IMG/VR virus record: IMGVR_UViG_2565956830_000008
Location: 1 to 64,000 of that record
Reading direction: 5' to 3' (one strand)
From: a virus
Lineage: Duplodnaviria > Caudoviricetes
DNA: 64,000 nucleotides
Positions 19,568 to 28,652 of this stretch are shown here, piece by piece; position 1 is the stretch's first letter, and each line of letters begins with the position of its first letter. The position numbers and the translations under genes are program-made. The notes under the pieces were generated by a model. That model searched no databases and was not told the origin of the DNA. It was given only the letters and a program-made list of their open reading frames with translations.

Positions 19568-20505
19568 CAGTCGGTGTCCGTGTAGATGTGCTCGGTCCAG
19601 TGGACGATGAAGTCCGCGCCCGCGGCGGTCCCCGTGAACAACAGGGCACCATCCAGGGCGAGGTCGGTGGTGTCGCCGTCCACGGCCCAGGTGAGGGTGA
19701 CTCCGGCGGGCACGGTGACGTCGTCGCCGTAGGAGGTCGGGCCGCTGGTGCTCGTCGCTCCGGAGCCAACGGCTCGAACGCGTACAGCGCCGGCGAGGAC
19801 GGTGAGGGTGACGGACTGGGGGTCGGCGCCGTAGTCGTCGAAGTCCACGGAGCTCTGGGTTCCGGTGTACCGCTGAATGCGCGGCCGTACCCGCTGAGTT
19901 GGAGTGGGCCGGGCGCCCGGGGCGGTCTGCACCGAGCATTCGACGATCTGAGCCGGGTCCGGGGCGGCCACGGTGGCGCCCGCGTCATTCACCCACCGCA
20001 CGGACGAGGCACCCGAGCAGTCGACTTCCGTGATCCGGCGGAAGAACTGGTCGGCCACCACGGTGTCGACGGGCGTGAACGTCAGCGTCTCGCCGCTGTC
20101 GATGTCAACGGCCTTCAGGACGCCGTACTTGGTGCCGGTGGGGGGCAGAGCCCGCGAACGCAGGTGGTAGGCGCAGGAGTCCGAGACGGCGATGGTCCAC
20201 CCGCCGGCGAAAGGATCCCAGGTGTTGAGGGTGGCGGCCAGGTCGGACAGGAACGGGACACCGCAGTTGTCCCAGCCGTCCGTGAACGGGTCGGCGATCA
20301 CGTTGCGGCCGTTGATGATCCACGACGTGATGCGGACGTTCGGGCGCCCGCAGATCCCGGCGTCCGCGCCGTTGATCTGCGAGACGCCGCACGGGGTGGC
20401 CGCCGAGTTGTCGTAGGTGACGTACCGGTAGCCGGGGATCTTCCAGCACTCGTTGGCGAGGGTGGTCGGGCAGTCCAGGGAGACCGCGGCGTTGGTTCCG
20501 CTCAC
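19567..20505 (-). CDS. Putative virion fibre protein
   Basis: GTG start (MSGTNAA); C-terminal QSVTLTVLAG...VPAGVTLTW domain shared with 22620-24608. Confidence 0.55.
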   Translation of the reverse strand: MSGTNAAVSLDCPTTLANECWKIPGYRYVTYDNSAATPCGVSQINGADAGICGRPNVRITSWIINGRNVIADPFTDGWDNCGVPFLSDLAATLNTWDPFAGGWTIAVSDSCAYHLRSRALPPTGTKYGVLKAVDIDSGETLTFTPVDTVVADQFFRRITEVDCSGASSVRWVNDAGATVAAPDPAQIVECSVQTAPGARPTPTQRVRPRIQRYTGTQSSVDFDDYGADPQSVTLTVLAGAVRVRAVGSGATSTSGPTSYGDDVTVPAGVTLTWAVDGDTTDLALDGALLFTGTAAGADFIVHWTEHIYTDTD

Positions 20506-20596
20506 GTGTACAGCTCCCTGGTGCTCGTGTCGTCCGCCTGGACGTCGTACAAGATCTCGCTGGTTCCGGACATGAAGCCTCCAAGGGGGTGGGGGG

Positions 20597-21067
20597 TTAC
20601 GCGACGCGCGCGTACCGCAGGGTGGTGCGCTGGAGGGTGTCCGAACCGATCCCGGCCACCTCGGTGGTGCCCGCGATGTCGACCCGGGCGGCTTCCAGCC
20701 GGACTGTCCTCGGCGATGTGGGCTTGTACTCCACGCTGATCGCGGCGGAGCCGTTCCACTGCAAGGCCGTCGCGGCACCCGGCGCGTACTCGGCGATCTG
20801 TACGACGATGGCCTCGCTGTCGGGAAGCAAGGCGCCCGCGGTGACGTCCCACAGTCGGGCGAGGACGACCGCGTTCTCACCGGCGGACATGTTGCCGAGG
20901 TTGCCCCGGACGACCGCGTCCAGGTGGTAGGTGCCAGCCGTGGGCAGCGCGAGGGACAGCCCAAGGTCGACCCATGCCCCAGAGGCGGCCGACCCGAGGT
21001 CAACGCCTGCCGGTAGTACGGCGAAGCCATGACCGCCGGTGTCGACACTGGCGGCGGTACCGGTCAT
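20597..21067 (-). CDS. Putative fibre/decoration beta-sandwich protein
   Basis: MTGTAAS start, TGATG-coupled; paralog of 19100-19567. Confidence 0.6.
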   Translation of the reverse strand: MTGTAASVDTGGHGFAVLPAGVDLGSAASGAWVDLGLSLALPTAGTYHLDAVVRGNLGNMSAGENAVVLARLWDVTAGALLPDSEAIVVQIAEYAPGAATALQWNGSAAISVEYKPTSPRTVRLEAARVDIAGTTEVAGIGSDTLQRTTLRYARVA

Positions 21068-21756
21068 CAGTCGCTCACCTTTTGCCAGAAGATCCCCTGC
21101 TGGGGGATGCCGCCGGTCAGGTAGTGCTGGAGATTGGCGTTGGCCAGCGTTCCCCCGTCGCCGGTGCCCCGCAGCCCTCGGATCTCGTACGTCGTCGGCG
21201 CTGTGATGGTGACGAACCCTTCGCACACCGCGTTTCCGCCGATGCTCTTGAGGCCGGTTTCCGGGTTCACCGTGCCGGGTTCGTCGTGGAGGAGCACCCA
21301 CCGCGGGCTGCCGGGGACAAACGCATTCGTCGCGGTGTTGAACCACAGAGCCGACATGGACGCGATGTGCCGGCCGTTGAAATTCCACGTGGCGAGGCCG
21401 AACACGTGGGCGGTGAGCCGGTAGACGCCCGGCTCGGGGAGCAGCACCTGACTGAACGGCATCACCACCTGCTGGCCCTGAGCCGACGTGCGCAGGTCCG
21501 CCTGACCGCCGTTACGGGACCCGAACACCGGCGTTAGCCGGGCCCCCACCGTCCAGTTCTCCGGACACGCCCCGGCGGCCGGGGGTGTCACGTCCACGTC
21601 TACCGAGCGCTCGGTCGACACAGCGCCACCTGGGGCGATGCCCGTGACCTCTGTACGCGGCACGAGCAGGCCACTCGCGGTTTCCTTCAGGGCGTTGCAC
21701 GCCGCCGAATCCAGCTTCGGGTCGATGCGGTACGTACGACCGCAGGCTCCGGCCAT
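21067..21756 (-). CDS. Putative fibre protein (conserved N-terminus, variable head)
   Basis: MAGACG start; N-terminal ~75 aa closely similar to 21756-22400; ends KVSD. Confidence 0.6.
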   Translation of the reverse strand: MAGACGRTYRIDPKLDSAACNALKETASGLLVPRTEVTGIAPGGAVSTERSVDVDVTPPAAGACPENWTVGARLTPVFGSRNGGQADLRTSAQGQQVVMPFSQVLLPEPGVYRLTAHVFGLATWNFNGRHIASMSALWFNTATNAFVPGSPRWVLLHDEPGTVNPETGLKSIGGNAVCEGFVTITAPTTYEIRGLRGTGDGGTLANANLQHYLTGGIPQQGIFWQKVSD

Positions 21757-22400
21757 CAGTCGCTCACCTTTTTGAAGCGGAAGTTCGTGGCCCAGACGAC
21801 TTTCTGTGAGGTGGTTCCGGCGTCGGTACGCCATGACCCGTCAACGCGGATCGTTGTCGGGCCGGCCACCTGGTACAGCGCCGCCGCCGAGGCGTTGGCC
21901 TGGATTCCGGTCGTGCCCGTGGCGGTCTGATCGGTGAACAGGATGATTCGCCGTGCAGTCAGCGGGACCTGGGCGCCGGCGGTGACGTCGAAGACTCGGG
22001 CGTCGATGATCGCGTTGCTGACACCGGCCGCCCACCCGATGGACCCCTGAACGTCGGCGACCACCTCGTAGATGCCGGCCTCCGGCAGCACCAGCTGCGC
22101 CCCGGTGACGGGAACCCACGTGTTGGCGGCAGCAGCGTCAAGGGACACAACCCCCGAGGTCTGCCCGGATACGGGCGTGAGGCGGGCGCCGACCGTCCAC
22201 GTCTCCGGGCAGGCCCCCGCCGCGGGGGCCGTCACGTCTACGTCGACTGACCGCGCAGTGCCGACTGCTGTTCCGGGGGCGATGCCGGCCAGTTCGGTGC
22301 GCGGCACCAGCAGTCCTGACGCCGTCTGTTCGAGGGCGTTACAGGGCGCCGGATCCAGACGCGGGACGACGCGAGTTGATCCGCAGCAGCTACCGGCCAT
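21756..22400 (-). CDS. Putative fibre protein (conserved N-terminus, variable head)
   Basis: 214 aa; LPEAGIYEV motif; ends KVSD. Confidence 0.6.
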   Translation of the reverse strand: MAGSCCGSTRVVPRLDPAPCNALEQTASGLLVPRTELAGIAPGTAVGTARSVDVDVTAPAAGACPETWTVGARLTPVSGQTSGVVSLDAAAANTWVPVTGAQLVLPEAGIYEVVADVQGSIGWAAGVSNAIIDARVFDVTAGAQVPLTARRIILFTDQTATGTTGIQANASAAALYQVAGPTTIRVDGSWRTDAGTTSQKVVWATNFRFKKVSD

Positions 22401-22612
22401 CAGTCACCGACCGGGGCCGGGGGGAAAGGCGAGGTAGAGGCGTCCGGCAGGCTCGCGAGATAGGCGGCCTCGTCGACCTCCACATAGCCGAGCTCGAAGT
22501 ACGGCGCCGGGTCCCTCAGGTTGTAGACGACCTGCACGCCCTCGCCGTCCTTCATGAAGTAGCGCGGGCCACCCGCCGGGCGCGGCGTGGTCTCGGGGGT
22601 CTCGTCGCTCAT
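22400..22612 (-). CDS. Small putative fibre chaperone/accessory protein
   Basis: 70 aa from ATG 22612 (MSDETP); TGATG-coupled to the next gene. Confidence 0.5.
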   Translation of the reverse strand: MSDETPETTPRPAGGPRYFMKDGEGVQVVYNLRDPAPYFELGYVEVDEAAYLASLPDASTSPFPPAPVGD

Positions 22613-22619
22613 CAGCGCC

Positions 22620-24608
22620 TCACTTCCAGGTCCAGTTGAGGAGGTAGTTCGCGGCGGCTGTAGCGCCCGCGAATTCGGCGGCAGCAAGGGCGGTGTCGCT
22701 GTCCTGGGCGACGGACCACGTCATGGTCATCCCGGTCGGGATCGTCACGTTCGTGCCGTCGCTCATCGTGGCCAGGACGCTGCCGCTCAGGACGCTCAGG
22801 GTGACGCTCTGCAGGCTCGGGAACGCTGCGGCGATGTCCTGTGCCGTGGTGCCGGTGACGTTGCGGACGCCCGTACTCAGCGGCGCAGGCAGGACGTCGG
22901 CGGTGGTGCACTCAACGGGCGCGGTCGGCGTGTACGGCTTGGTGAGGTCACCGTCCAGGTAGGTGCCGAGCAGCTCGGGAGCGGCCCCTCCACACGGGTC
23001 GACAGCCCACAGTTCGGTGTACGTGGCGTCACCGAGGCCGTCGCCGTCGGTGTCGTCGCACCCGCAGCGTTCGACGATCTGCCGCGTGCAGGACTGGCAG
23101 GCGCCGACAGTCCCGGTCGGCGTGTAGGCGGTGGTCCCGTCGAGAGCGGTGTCCCCGGCGGCCGTGACCGCGCCGGTGGTGTTGTCGACGGTCCAGTGCC
23201 GCAGGAACTGAGTCACTGTGCCGTCCGCCGCCGTATCGCACAGCACCTGCTGAAGGTGGTCGATCTCCTCGGCTGAGGCGTCGCACACCCCGACCGTGCC
23301 GCTCGGCGTATACGCGGCCCCGGCAAGGGTGTAGTCCGAGAAGCCGACGACGGCGCCGTTCTCGTCGCGCCGGAAGTCGCGGACGAACGGGGTCACGGTG
23401 CCGTCCGCCGCGGTGTCGCACAGCTGGACGAGGTCCTGTTCCGGCTGGTCCACTCCATCCGGGCACACGCTGACCGTGCCCTGCGGGGTGTACGTGGTGC
23501 CGGTGGTGGCGTCGACGAGGCGCACGGAGGCGATCGCGCCGCTCGCGTCGTAGCTGTACTCGATGAGGACCAGGCCGACGACGTTGCCAGCCGCGTCCAC
23601 ATCACAGAAGGTCCCCGAGACCTGGATGGAGCGGGAGTCGCCGCATGCGAGGGTCCCGGCCGGCGGAGCCCCTGCGGAGAACGCGCCAGTCGTGAGATTG
23701 ATCCAGCCCTCGGAGGTGACGGCGCCGGTGCAGTCCCGTACCACGGTGACGGCGATCGGCGTCCCGTCCGCGAGGCACAGCCCGACCGTGGCCGTCGGAG
23801 TGGTCGGAGAGGCGCAGTCGCTGACGGGCAGGCACGCGCCGACGGTGCCGGTCGGGGTGTAGGCGGTCACGCCATCGAGGAGAGCGTCCGCGGTGGTGGT
23901 CGTCGTGCCGTCGCTGGTGAACGTCCGCAGGAACGGCACGCTGCTGCCGTCCGCCTGGACGTCGCACAGGAGTTGCGTCGAGCGGTCCGCCGCGGCGGGG
24001 CACGGGACGATAGCGGGCGCGGTGAGCGTCGCGCCGGTCTCCGCGTCAAGGTAGGAGACGGCCGGGTCGCCGCACGCAGCGCACTTCAGGACTGCCGCAG
24101 TGCGCGTGGCTCCGCCGCCGGCGTCGTAGCAGACCGTTCCCAGGACGACCGGGGTGTCCGCGGTGGCGTCCGGGCAGTCGGCGGGGGCCGTCGGCGTGTA
24201 AGGCTGCGCGAAGTCCCCGTCTCGGTAAGTGCCGAGGAGCTGCGGGGCGCCGCCGTCGCAGGGGTCGAGCGCCCACACCTCGACGTAGGTGACGTCTCCG
24301 GTGCCGTCGGCGTTGGTGTCGTCGCAGCGGGTGCGCGTGCTGATCTGCCGGGCGCACTGGTCGCTCTGGGGGCCGCAGACGCCGAGCGTGCCGGTCGGCG
24401 TGTACGGGGCGCCAGTCGTCGGGTTGACGATCCGTGTCCCGACCCGGGCGCCGCTGCTCGTGTCGTAGACGGGCTCGACGAGGGCGAGGCCGGCCACGGT
24501 GCCGTCCGCGAGGACGTCGCACAGCAGCACCGTTTCCACGTCGACCCGCGCGGCGGCCGGAGTGGCGCTCATGATGATGGGGGTCTGGCCGCAGCCGCAA
24601 CCGCTCAC
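22620..24608 (-). CDS. Cys/Thr/Asp-rich repeat virion protein
   Basis: 662 aa; repeated LCD.xADG, YTPTGTVG.C and CDDT.xDG modules. Confidence 0.7.
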   Translation of the reverse strand: MSGCGCGQTPIIMSATPAAARVDVETVLLCDVLADGTVAGLALVEPVYDTSSGARVGTRIVNPTTGAPYTPTGTLGVCGPQSDQCARQISTRTRCDDTNADGTGDVTYVEVWALDPCDGGAPQLLGTYRDGDFAQPYTPTAPADCPDATADTPVVLGTVCYDAGGGATRTAAVLKCAACGDPAVSYLDAETGATLTAPAIVPCPAAADRSTQLLCDVQADGSSVPFLRTFTSDGTTTTTADALLDGVTAYTPTGTVGACLPVSDCASPTTPTATVGLCLADGTPIAVTVVRDCTGAVTSEGWINLTTGAFSAGAPPAGTLACGDSRSIQVSGTFCDVDAAGNVVGLVLIEYSYDASGAIASVRLVDATTGTTYTPQGTVSVCPDGVDQPEQDLVQLCDTAADGTVTPFVRDFRRDENGAVVGFSDYTLAGAAYTPSGTVGVCDASAEEIDHLQQVLCDTAADGTVTQFLRHWTVDNTTGAVTAAGDTALDGTTAYTPTGTVGACQSCTRQIVERCGCDDTDGDGLGDATYTELWAVDPCGGAAPELLGTYLDGDLTKPYTPTAPVECTTADVLPAPLSTGVRNVTGTTAQDIAAAFPSLQSVTLSVLSGSVLATMSDGTNVTIPTGMTMTWSVAQDSDTALAAAEFAGATAAANYLLNWTWK

Positions 24609-27310
24609 AGGTCTACTCCCTCAGTCCAGTTGACGACGACAGCACCCGTCGTCGCGGTGATCGTCAGTGGCCCGATGAGCCGCACATCCATGTCTCTGGT
24701 GATGGACCACTGGGCGGTCTCGCCGTCGAAGAGCGCGCTCGTGCCGTCAGCGGTGGTGACGGTGCCGGTGCCGCCTCGGGCGGTCGCCTGGATAGCGCGC
24801 AGCGTGCCGTACTGGGAGGCGTCCCACACCTTGCCCGGGACGAGCTGTACGCGGTGTGCCTGGACGCCTGCGGGGCGCTCGACGACCGGGTCCGGCGCGT
24901 CGCAGTCGACCGGCGCAACCGGCGTGTACGGCGCCGACAGGTCGCAGGTGTACGTGCCGAGCGGGGTGGGCGTGCCCGTGCAGTCGACGCCGAGGAGTTC
25001 GACGTACCAGGCGTCGGCGATGCCGTCGCCGTCCGTGTCGTCGCACTTCTCCGCCTGCACGATGTTCCGTGCCGGGCACGGTGGTTCGGGGCAGCACTCC
25101 CCGCCGCCGGCCTGGCACTGGCCGGGCTCGCCGGTGACCGTGTACGGCTGCCCGTCGAGGGTGGTGTCCGTGACGGTGAGGACGGCGCCGGTCTCGCAGT
25201 CCGTGATGACGTTGCGCACGAACTGCGTAGCGCATCCGGTCTGGTCGTAGACGACGGTTGCGTGGAACTGGGACAGCTGCCACGAGGTGTGGCGCACCCC
25301 CGGGCAGATGCCGCCGCTGTCGTCGTAGGCGTCGAACGCGAGCAGGACGGTGATGTTCCCGGCGGCGAGGTCGGCGGCCGGGACGTCGGCCTCGACCGTG
25401 AGCGTCCCCGTCCACCCGGCGGGAGTGTTCTTCGGGGCGAGGTCCAGGGCGATGCGGTTCGCGTCGCCGGGCCCGTTGTAGAGGCCGATGAAACCGGTGG
25501 AGGCGCACCCGTCATCCGGGCCGAGCTGGGCGGCGTCGACCTGCACCGACACGTGGGCGGTACCGGCGTCGCAGACCGGCCGCGGCGCCTGGATGGTCGC
25601 CGCGGCGGTGCGCACAGTGCCGGTCGTGCCCGGCTGCGGCCCCGCAGCCTGCGGGAGGGTGAGCGTGCCGCCGTCCCACAGCACTTGGGCGCCGGCCGTG
25701 GCCACACCGGTGCTGTACGGGTAGTACGGGCCTGGGTCGTTGTCTGTGACGGTCGGGGTCGGCGTGCCGTCGGTCGGCAGGTCACACAGGAGGAGCGTGC
25801 TGCTGTTGCGGCATGGCTCCGTGGGCGCGCCTTCGCAGACGTCGACGGTGCCCGTCGGCTGGTAGTTCGCCCCGGCGAGCGTGTAGTCCGTGTGCCCGAC
25901 GATCTGCCCGTTCTCGTCGCGCCGGTAGTCGCGGATGAACCGGGTCACGGTGCCGTCCGCTGCGATGTCGCAGAGGACGACGAGGTCTTGTTCCGGCTGG
26001 TCGACGCCAGCCGGGCAGGTCGTGATCGTGCCCTGCGCGGTGTAGGTCTGGCCGGTGGTGGCGTCGACGAGGCGGACGCTCGAGACGCTGCCGTCTGCCG
26101 CGTAGGTGTACTCGATCAGGACCAGGCCGACGACGTTCCCGTTCGCGTCGACGTCGCAGAAGGTGCCGGTCGTTGTGATGCTGCGGGACTCGCCGCACGC
26201 CATGACCCCGGCTGGGGGCTGTCCGGTCGAGTAGGCGCCGGTCGTGAGGTTGATCCAGCCCTCTTCGCGGGTGACGCCCTGGCAGTCGCGGGTGACGACG
26301 ACGGCGATCGGGGTCCCGTCGGCGAGACACAAGCCCACGGTGGCGGCCGGTTCGCGCGGCTGGTCGCAGTCCGAGGTCTGGGCGCAGTCGCGGATGGTGC
26401 CGGACACGATGTGCGGCGTCTCACCGTCGAGCGCGACGTCTACGAAGGACGCGGTCCCGTCGGACAGGAACGTGAACCGGCGCAGGAAGGGGCCGCCGTC
26501 ATCGCACAGGAGTTGCGTATGGCATTGCACCGATCCGTACTCGCAGTCGACTGGCGCAACCGGCGTGTACGGCTTCGACGGGTCGTCCTGGTAGGTGAGG
26601 ACCAGCTCAGTCGTGCCGTCCTGCTTGACGCACCACAGCTCGCTGTACGTGGTGTCGGCGGCGCCGTCCCCGGTGGTGTCGTCGCAGCGGGTCACACAGA
26701 TCGTGTCGACGCAGTCCTGGGTGCACACGCCGACCGTGCCGGTCACGATGTGCGGGGTCTGCCCGTCCAGGGCGACATCCTCGAACGTCGCCTGTCCGTT
26801 CAGGAAGGTGTAGCGGCGCAGGAACGGGCCGCTGGCGTGGCACAGCAGCTGGGTGTGGCACTCGACGCTGCCGTACTCGCAGTCGACCGGGCTGGTCGGC
26901 GTGTAGGGCGTTGAAGGGTCATCCTGGTAGGTGAGGACCAGCTCGGTCGTGCCGTCCTGCTTGACGCACCACAGCTCGCTGTACGTGGTGTCGGCAGCAC
27001 CGTCCCCGGTGGTGTCGTCGCAGCGGGTGACACAGATCGTGTCGACACAGCCGCCGCAGCCGTCACACGGCGCGGCATCGGCCGGGGCGGGGCCCACGGT
27101 GAAAGCGCCGGTGGCTGGGTCGACCCAGCCGACGACCTGCGGCTGGGTCGGCGGCGCGTCGCAACCGGTGCACCCGGACTCGACGACGACGATGATCGTG
27201 GTGCAGTCCGGGCGGCACAGCAGCGTCGAGGTGATCGACGGGGCGCAGCACGCTTCCCCTGTGCCGCCACCGCCGCCGCCACAGGCGCATGGGATGGGCG
27301 TTACTGCCAT
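24605..27310 (-). CDS. Large Cys/Thr/Asp-rich repeat virion protein
   Basis: ~901 aa; shares a ~170-aa block with 22620-24608; three CDDTxGDGxAD motifs. Confidence 0.7.
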   Translation of the reverse strand: MAVTPIPCACGGGGGGTGEACCAPSITSTLLCRPDCTTIIVVVESGCTGCDAPPTQPQVVGWVDPATGAFTVGPAPADAAPCDGCGGCVDTICVTRCDDTTGDGAADTTYSELWCVKQDGTTELVLTYQDDPSTPYTPTSPVDCEYGSVECHTQLLCHASGPFLRRYTFLNGQATFEDVALDGQTPHIVTGTVGVCTQDCVDTICVTRCDDTTGDGAADTTYSELWCVKQDGTTELVLTYQDDPSKPYTPVAPVDCEYGSVQCHTQLLCDDGGPFLRRFTFLSDGTASFVDVALDGETPHIVSGTIRDCAQTSDCDQPREPAATVGLCLADGTPIAVVVTRDCQGVTREEGWINLTTGAYSTGQPPAGVMACGESRSITTTGTFCDVDANGNVVGLVLIEYTYAADGSVSSVRLVDATTGQTYTAQGTITTCPAGVDQPEQDLVVLCDIAADGTVTRFIRDYRRDENGQIVGHTDYTLAGANYQPTGTVDVCEGAPTEPCRNSSTLLLCDLPTDGTPTPTVTDNDPGPYYPYSTGVATAGAQVLWDGGTLTLPQAAGPQPGTTGTVRTAAATIQAPRPVCDAGTAHVSVQVDAAQLGPDDGCASTGFIGLYNGPGDANRIALDLAPKNTPAGWTGTLTVEADVPAADLAAGNITVLLAFDAYDDSGGICPGVRHTSWQLSQFHATVVYDQTGCATQFVRNVITDCETGAVLTVTDTTLDGQPYTVTGEPGQCQAGGGECCPEPPCPARNIVQAEKCDDTDGDGIADAWYVELLGVDCTGTPTPLGTYTCDLSAPYTPVAPVDCDAPDPVVERPAGVQAHRVQLVPGKVWDASQYGTLRAIQATARGGTGTVTTADGTSALFDGETAQWSITRDMDVRLIGPLTITATTGAVVVNWTEGVDL
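26395..27050 (-). repeat. ~335-bp in-frame tandem duplication
   Basis: Two near-identical units CVDTICVTRCDDTTGDGAADTTYSELW...TPHIV.GT. Confidence 0.85.
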
Positions 27311-27750
27311 CACTCCACCTCCGGGTGCGCCTGGCGGCGGTGGGTGTCACGGCCGCGCGCGGTACCGAACGGCCGGGAGCAGACGTCGCAGACGATGGCC
27401 GCGCCCTCCCCCTCTGAGGGCGCGGCACCAGCCGGGGCCGGCCGCTGCTCCGGCTCCGGCAGCTGAACAGCGTCGGGCCCGTACGCTGCTTCGGGAACCT
27501 CGGGCAGAGGCTCGCCCGGGACGCCGGTGTGCCACTGCGACGCGGCGGCGAGGGCCTCGTCTTCGAGCGGGGACCGGTAGGGATGCCCGTCGACGGTGGC
27601 TCCGATGAGGAGCTCCTCGGGCATGTGCGTGAACAGGTGAGGCGGGACCGAGAACGCGCTCGGGGCGCAGGTGCGGACCTTCGGCGTCTGCCGGACGGCC
27701 CACTTGGCGAACTCCACGCGCATGGTGCTCGACGGCTGCACGGTGATCAT
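27310..27750 (-). CDS. Head-region protein with C-terminal C2H2 zinc finger
   Basis: TGATG-coupled start (MITVQP); CDVC...THRRQAH. Confidence 0.6.
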   Translation of the reverse strand: MITVQPSSTMRVEFAKWAVRQTPKVRTCAPSAFSVPPHLFTHMPEELLIGATVDGHPYRSPLEDEALAAASQWHTGVPGEPLPEVPEAAYGPDAVQLPEPEQRPAPAGAAPSEGEGAAIVCDVCSRPFGTARGRDTHRRQAHPEVE

Positions 27751-28583
27751 CAGCACGGACACAGCGACACCCTTATGGCTGCTGCCTCGCAGCACGCGAC
27801 TTCGATGACGAAGCTGCGCTCGGCGAGGACGAAACGGTCGTTGGTCGTGATGCGGAAGCTCTCCGCGTCGGTGCCGGGCACGATCGCGGGCGCCTCGCGG
27901 CGGACCCGGAGGGGCCCAGTCACGTACAGCCACGCTTCGCCGTCCGGGGCCTGCGTGCAGTCCGCACCGCCCACGTTCAGGGCGTAACCGGCCCCGAAGA
28001 TGACGCCGTTGCCCATGAGGGTCTCCGGGCACTGGGTGTCCCGCGTGCGGGTGACCACGTTGCAGCAGCCCATCAGGGCTGCGGCGGCGGCCGGGACGTG
28101 GAGGAGGCCCTGCCCGCCGTAGTTTTCGGCGAGCCACCCTTCGAGCGCGGCCACGCCCTGCGCGACGGGGACTGCGGCACCGGGGGTGAGGTCCACGGAC
28201 ATGTCGCAGAGGACGTCCCGCATGAACCACTCTTCCAGCGCCCGCTGTTCTCCCATGCGGAGCGTCTCGCGGGCGTGCTGCACGGCCTCGTCGTACGGCC
28301 AGCCGACCGTGCCGCAGGTGACGCCGGCGTAGATCGTGATCGGCGAGGCGGAGCACACGCCGGGCCGCTCGAACGTCTTCATCGTCGGGCCGGGTGTGCT
28401 GCTGCCGTCGGGGCACCACTCCCAGTCGTGCGCCGCCGCGCAGGACAGCGGCATCCACTCGGTGCCGAGAAGCTCGTGCACGTCGGCCACGTCTTCGATC
28501 TCGACGCAACCGCCGAGGATGCCGTACGGCGACGGGTTACCCGGGATCGGGTCGACGCGCTTACGGAGTCCGGCTGCTGGCAT
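27750..28583 (-). CDS. Putative minor capsid/decoration protein
   Basis: ATG 28583 with GAGGTGAGG RBS; directly after the major capsid gene. Confidence 0.55.
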   Translation of the reverse strand: MPAAGLRKRVDPIPGNPSPYGILGGCVEIEDVADVHELLGTEWMPLSCAAAHDWEWCPDGSSTPGPTMKTFERPGVCSASPITIYAGVTCGTVGWPYDEAVQHARETLRMGEQRALEEWFMRDVLCDMSVDLTPGAAVPVAQGVAALEGWLAENYGGQGLLHVPAAAAALMGCCNVVTRTRDTQCPETLMGNGVIFGAGYALNVGGADCTQAPDGEAWLYVTGPLRVRREAPAIVPGTDAESFRITTNDRFVLAERSFVIEVACCEAAAIRVSLCPC

Positions 28584-28606
28584 CTGCCTCACCTCCTCTC
28601 ATCCGG

Positions 28607-28638
28607 GCAGCCCCGGCAGGGCAGAGGGCCGGGGCTGC
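28607..28638 (-). terminator. GC-rich hairpin after the major capsid gene
   Basis: GCAGCCCCGGC/GCCGGGGCTGC inverted repeat. Confidence 0.55.
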
Positions 28639-28652
28639 GGATGGGGTGGGGG

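Noticed and set aside
23290-27050. Near-identical repeats as DGR template/variable regions
   Set aside because: No reverse transcriptase in the window, both copies are in-frame coding, and differences are not adenine-specific.
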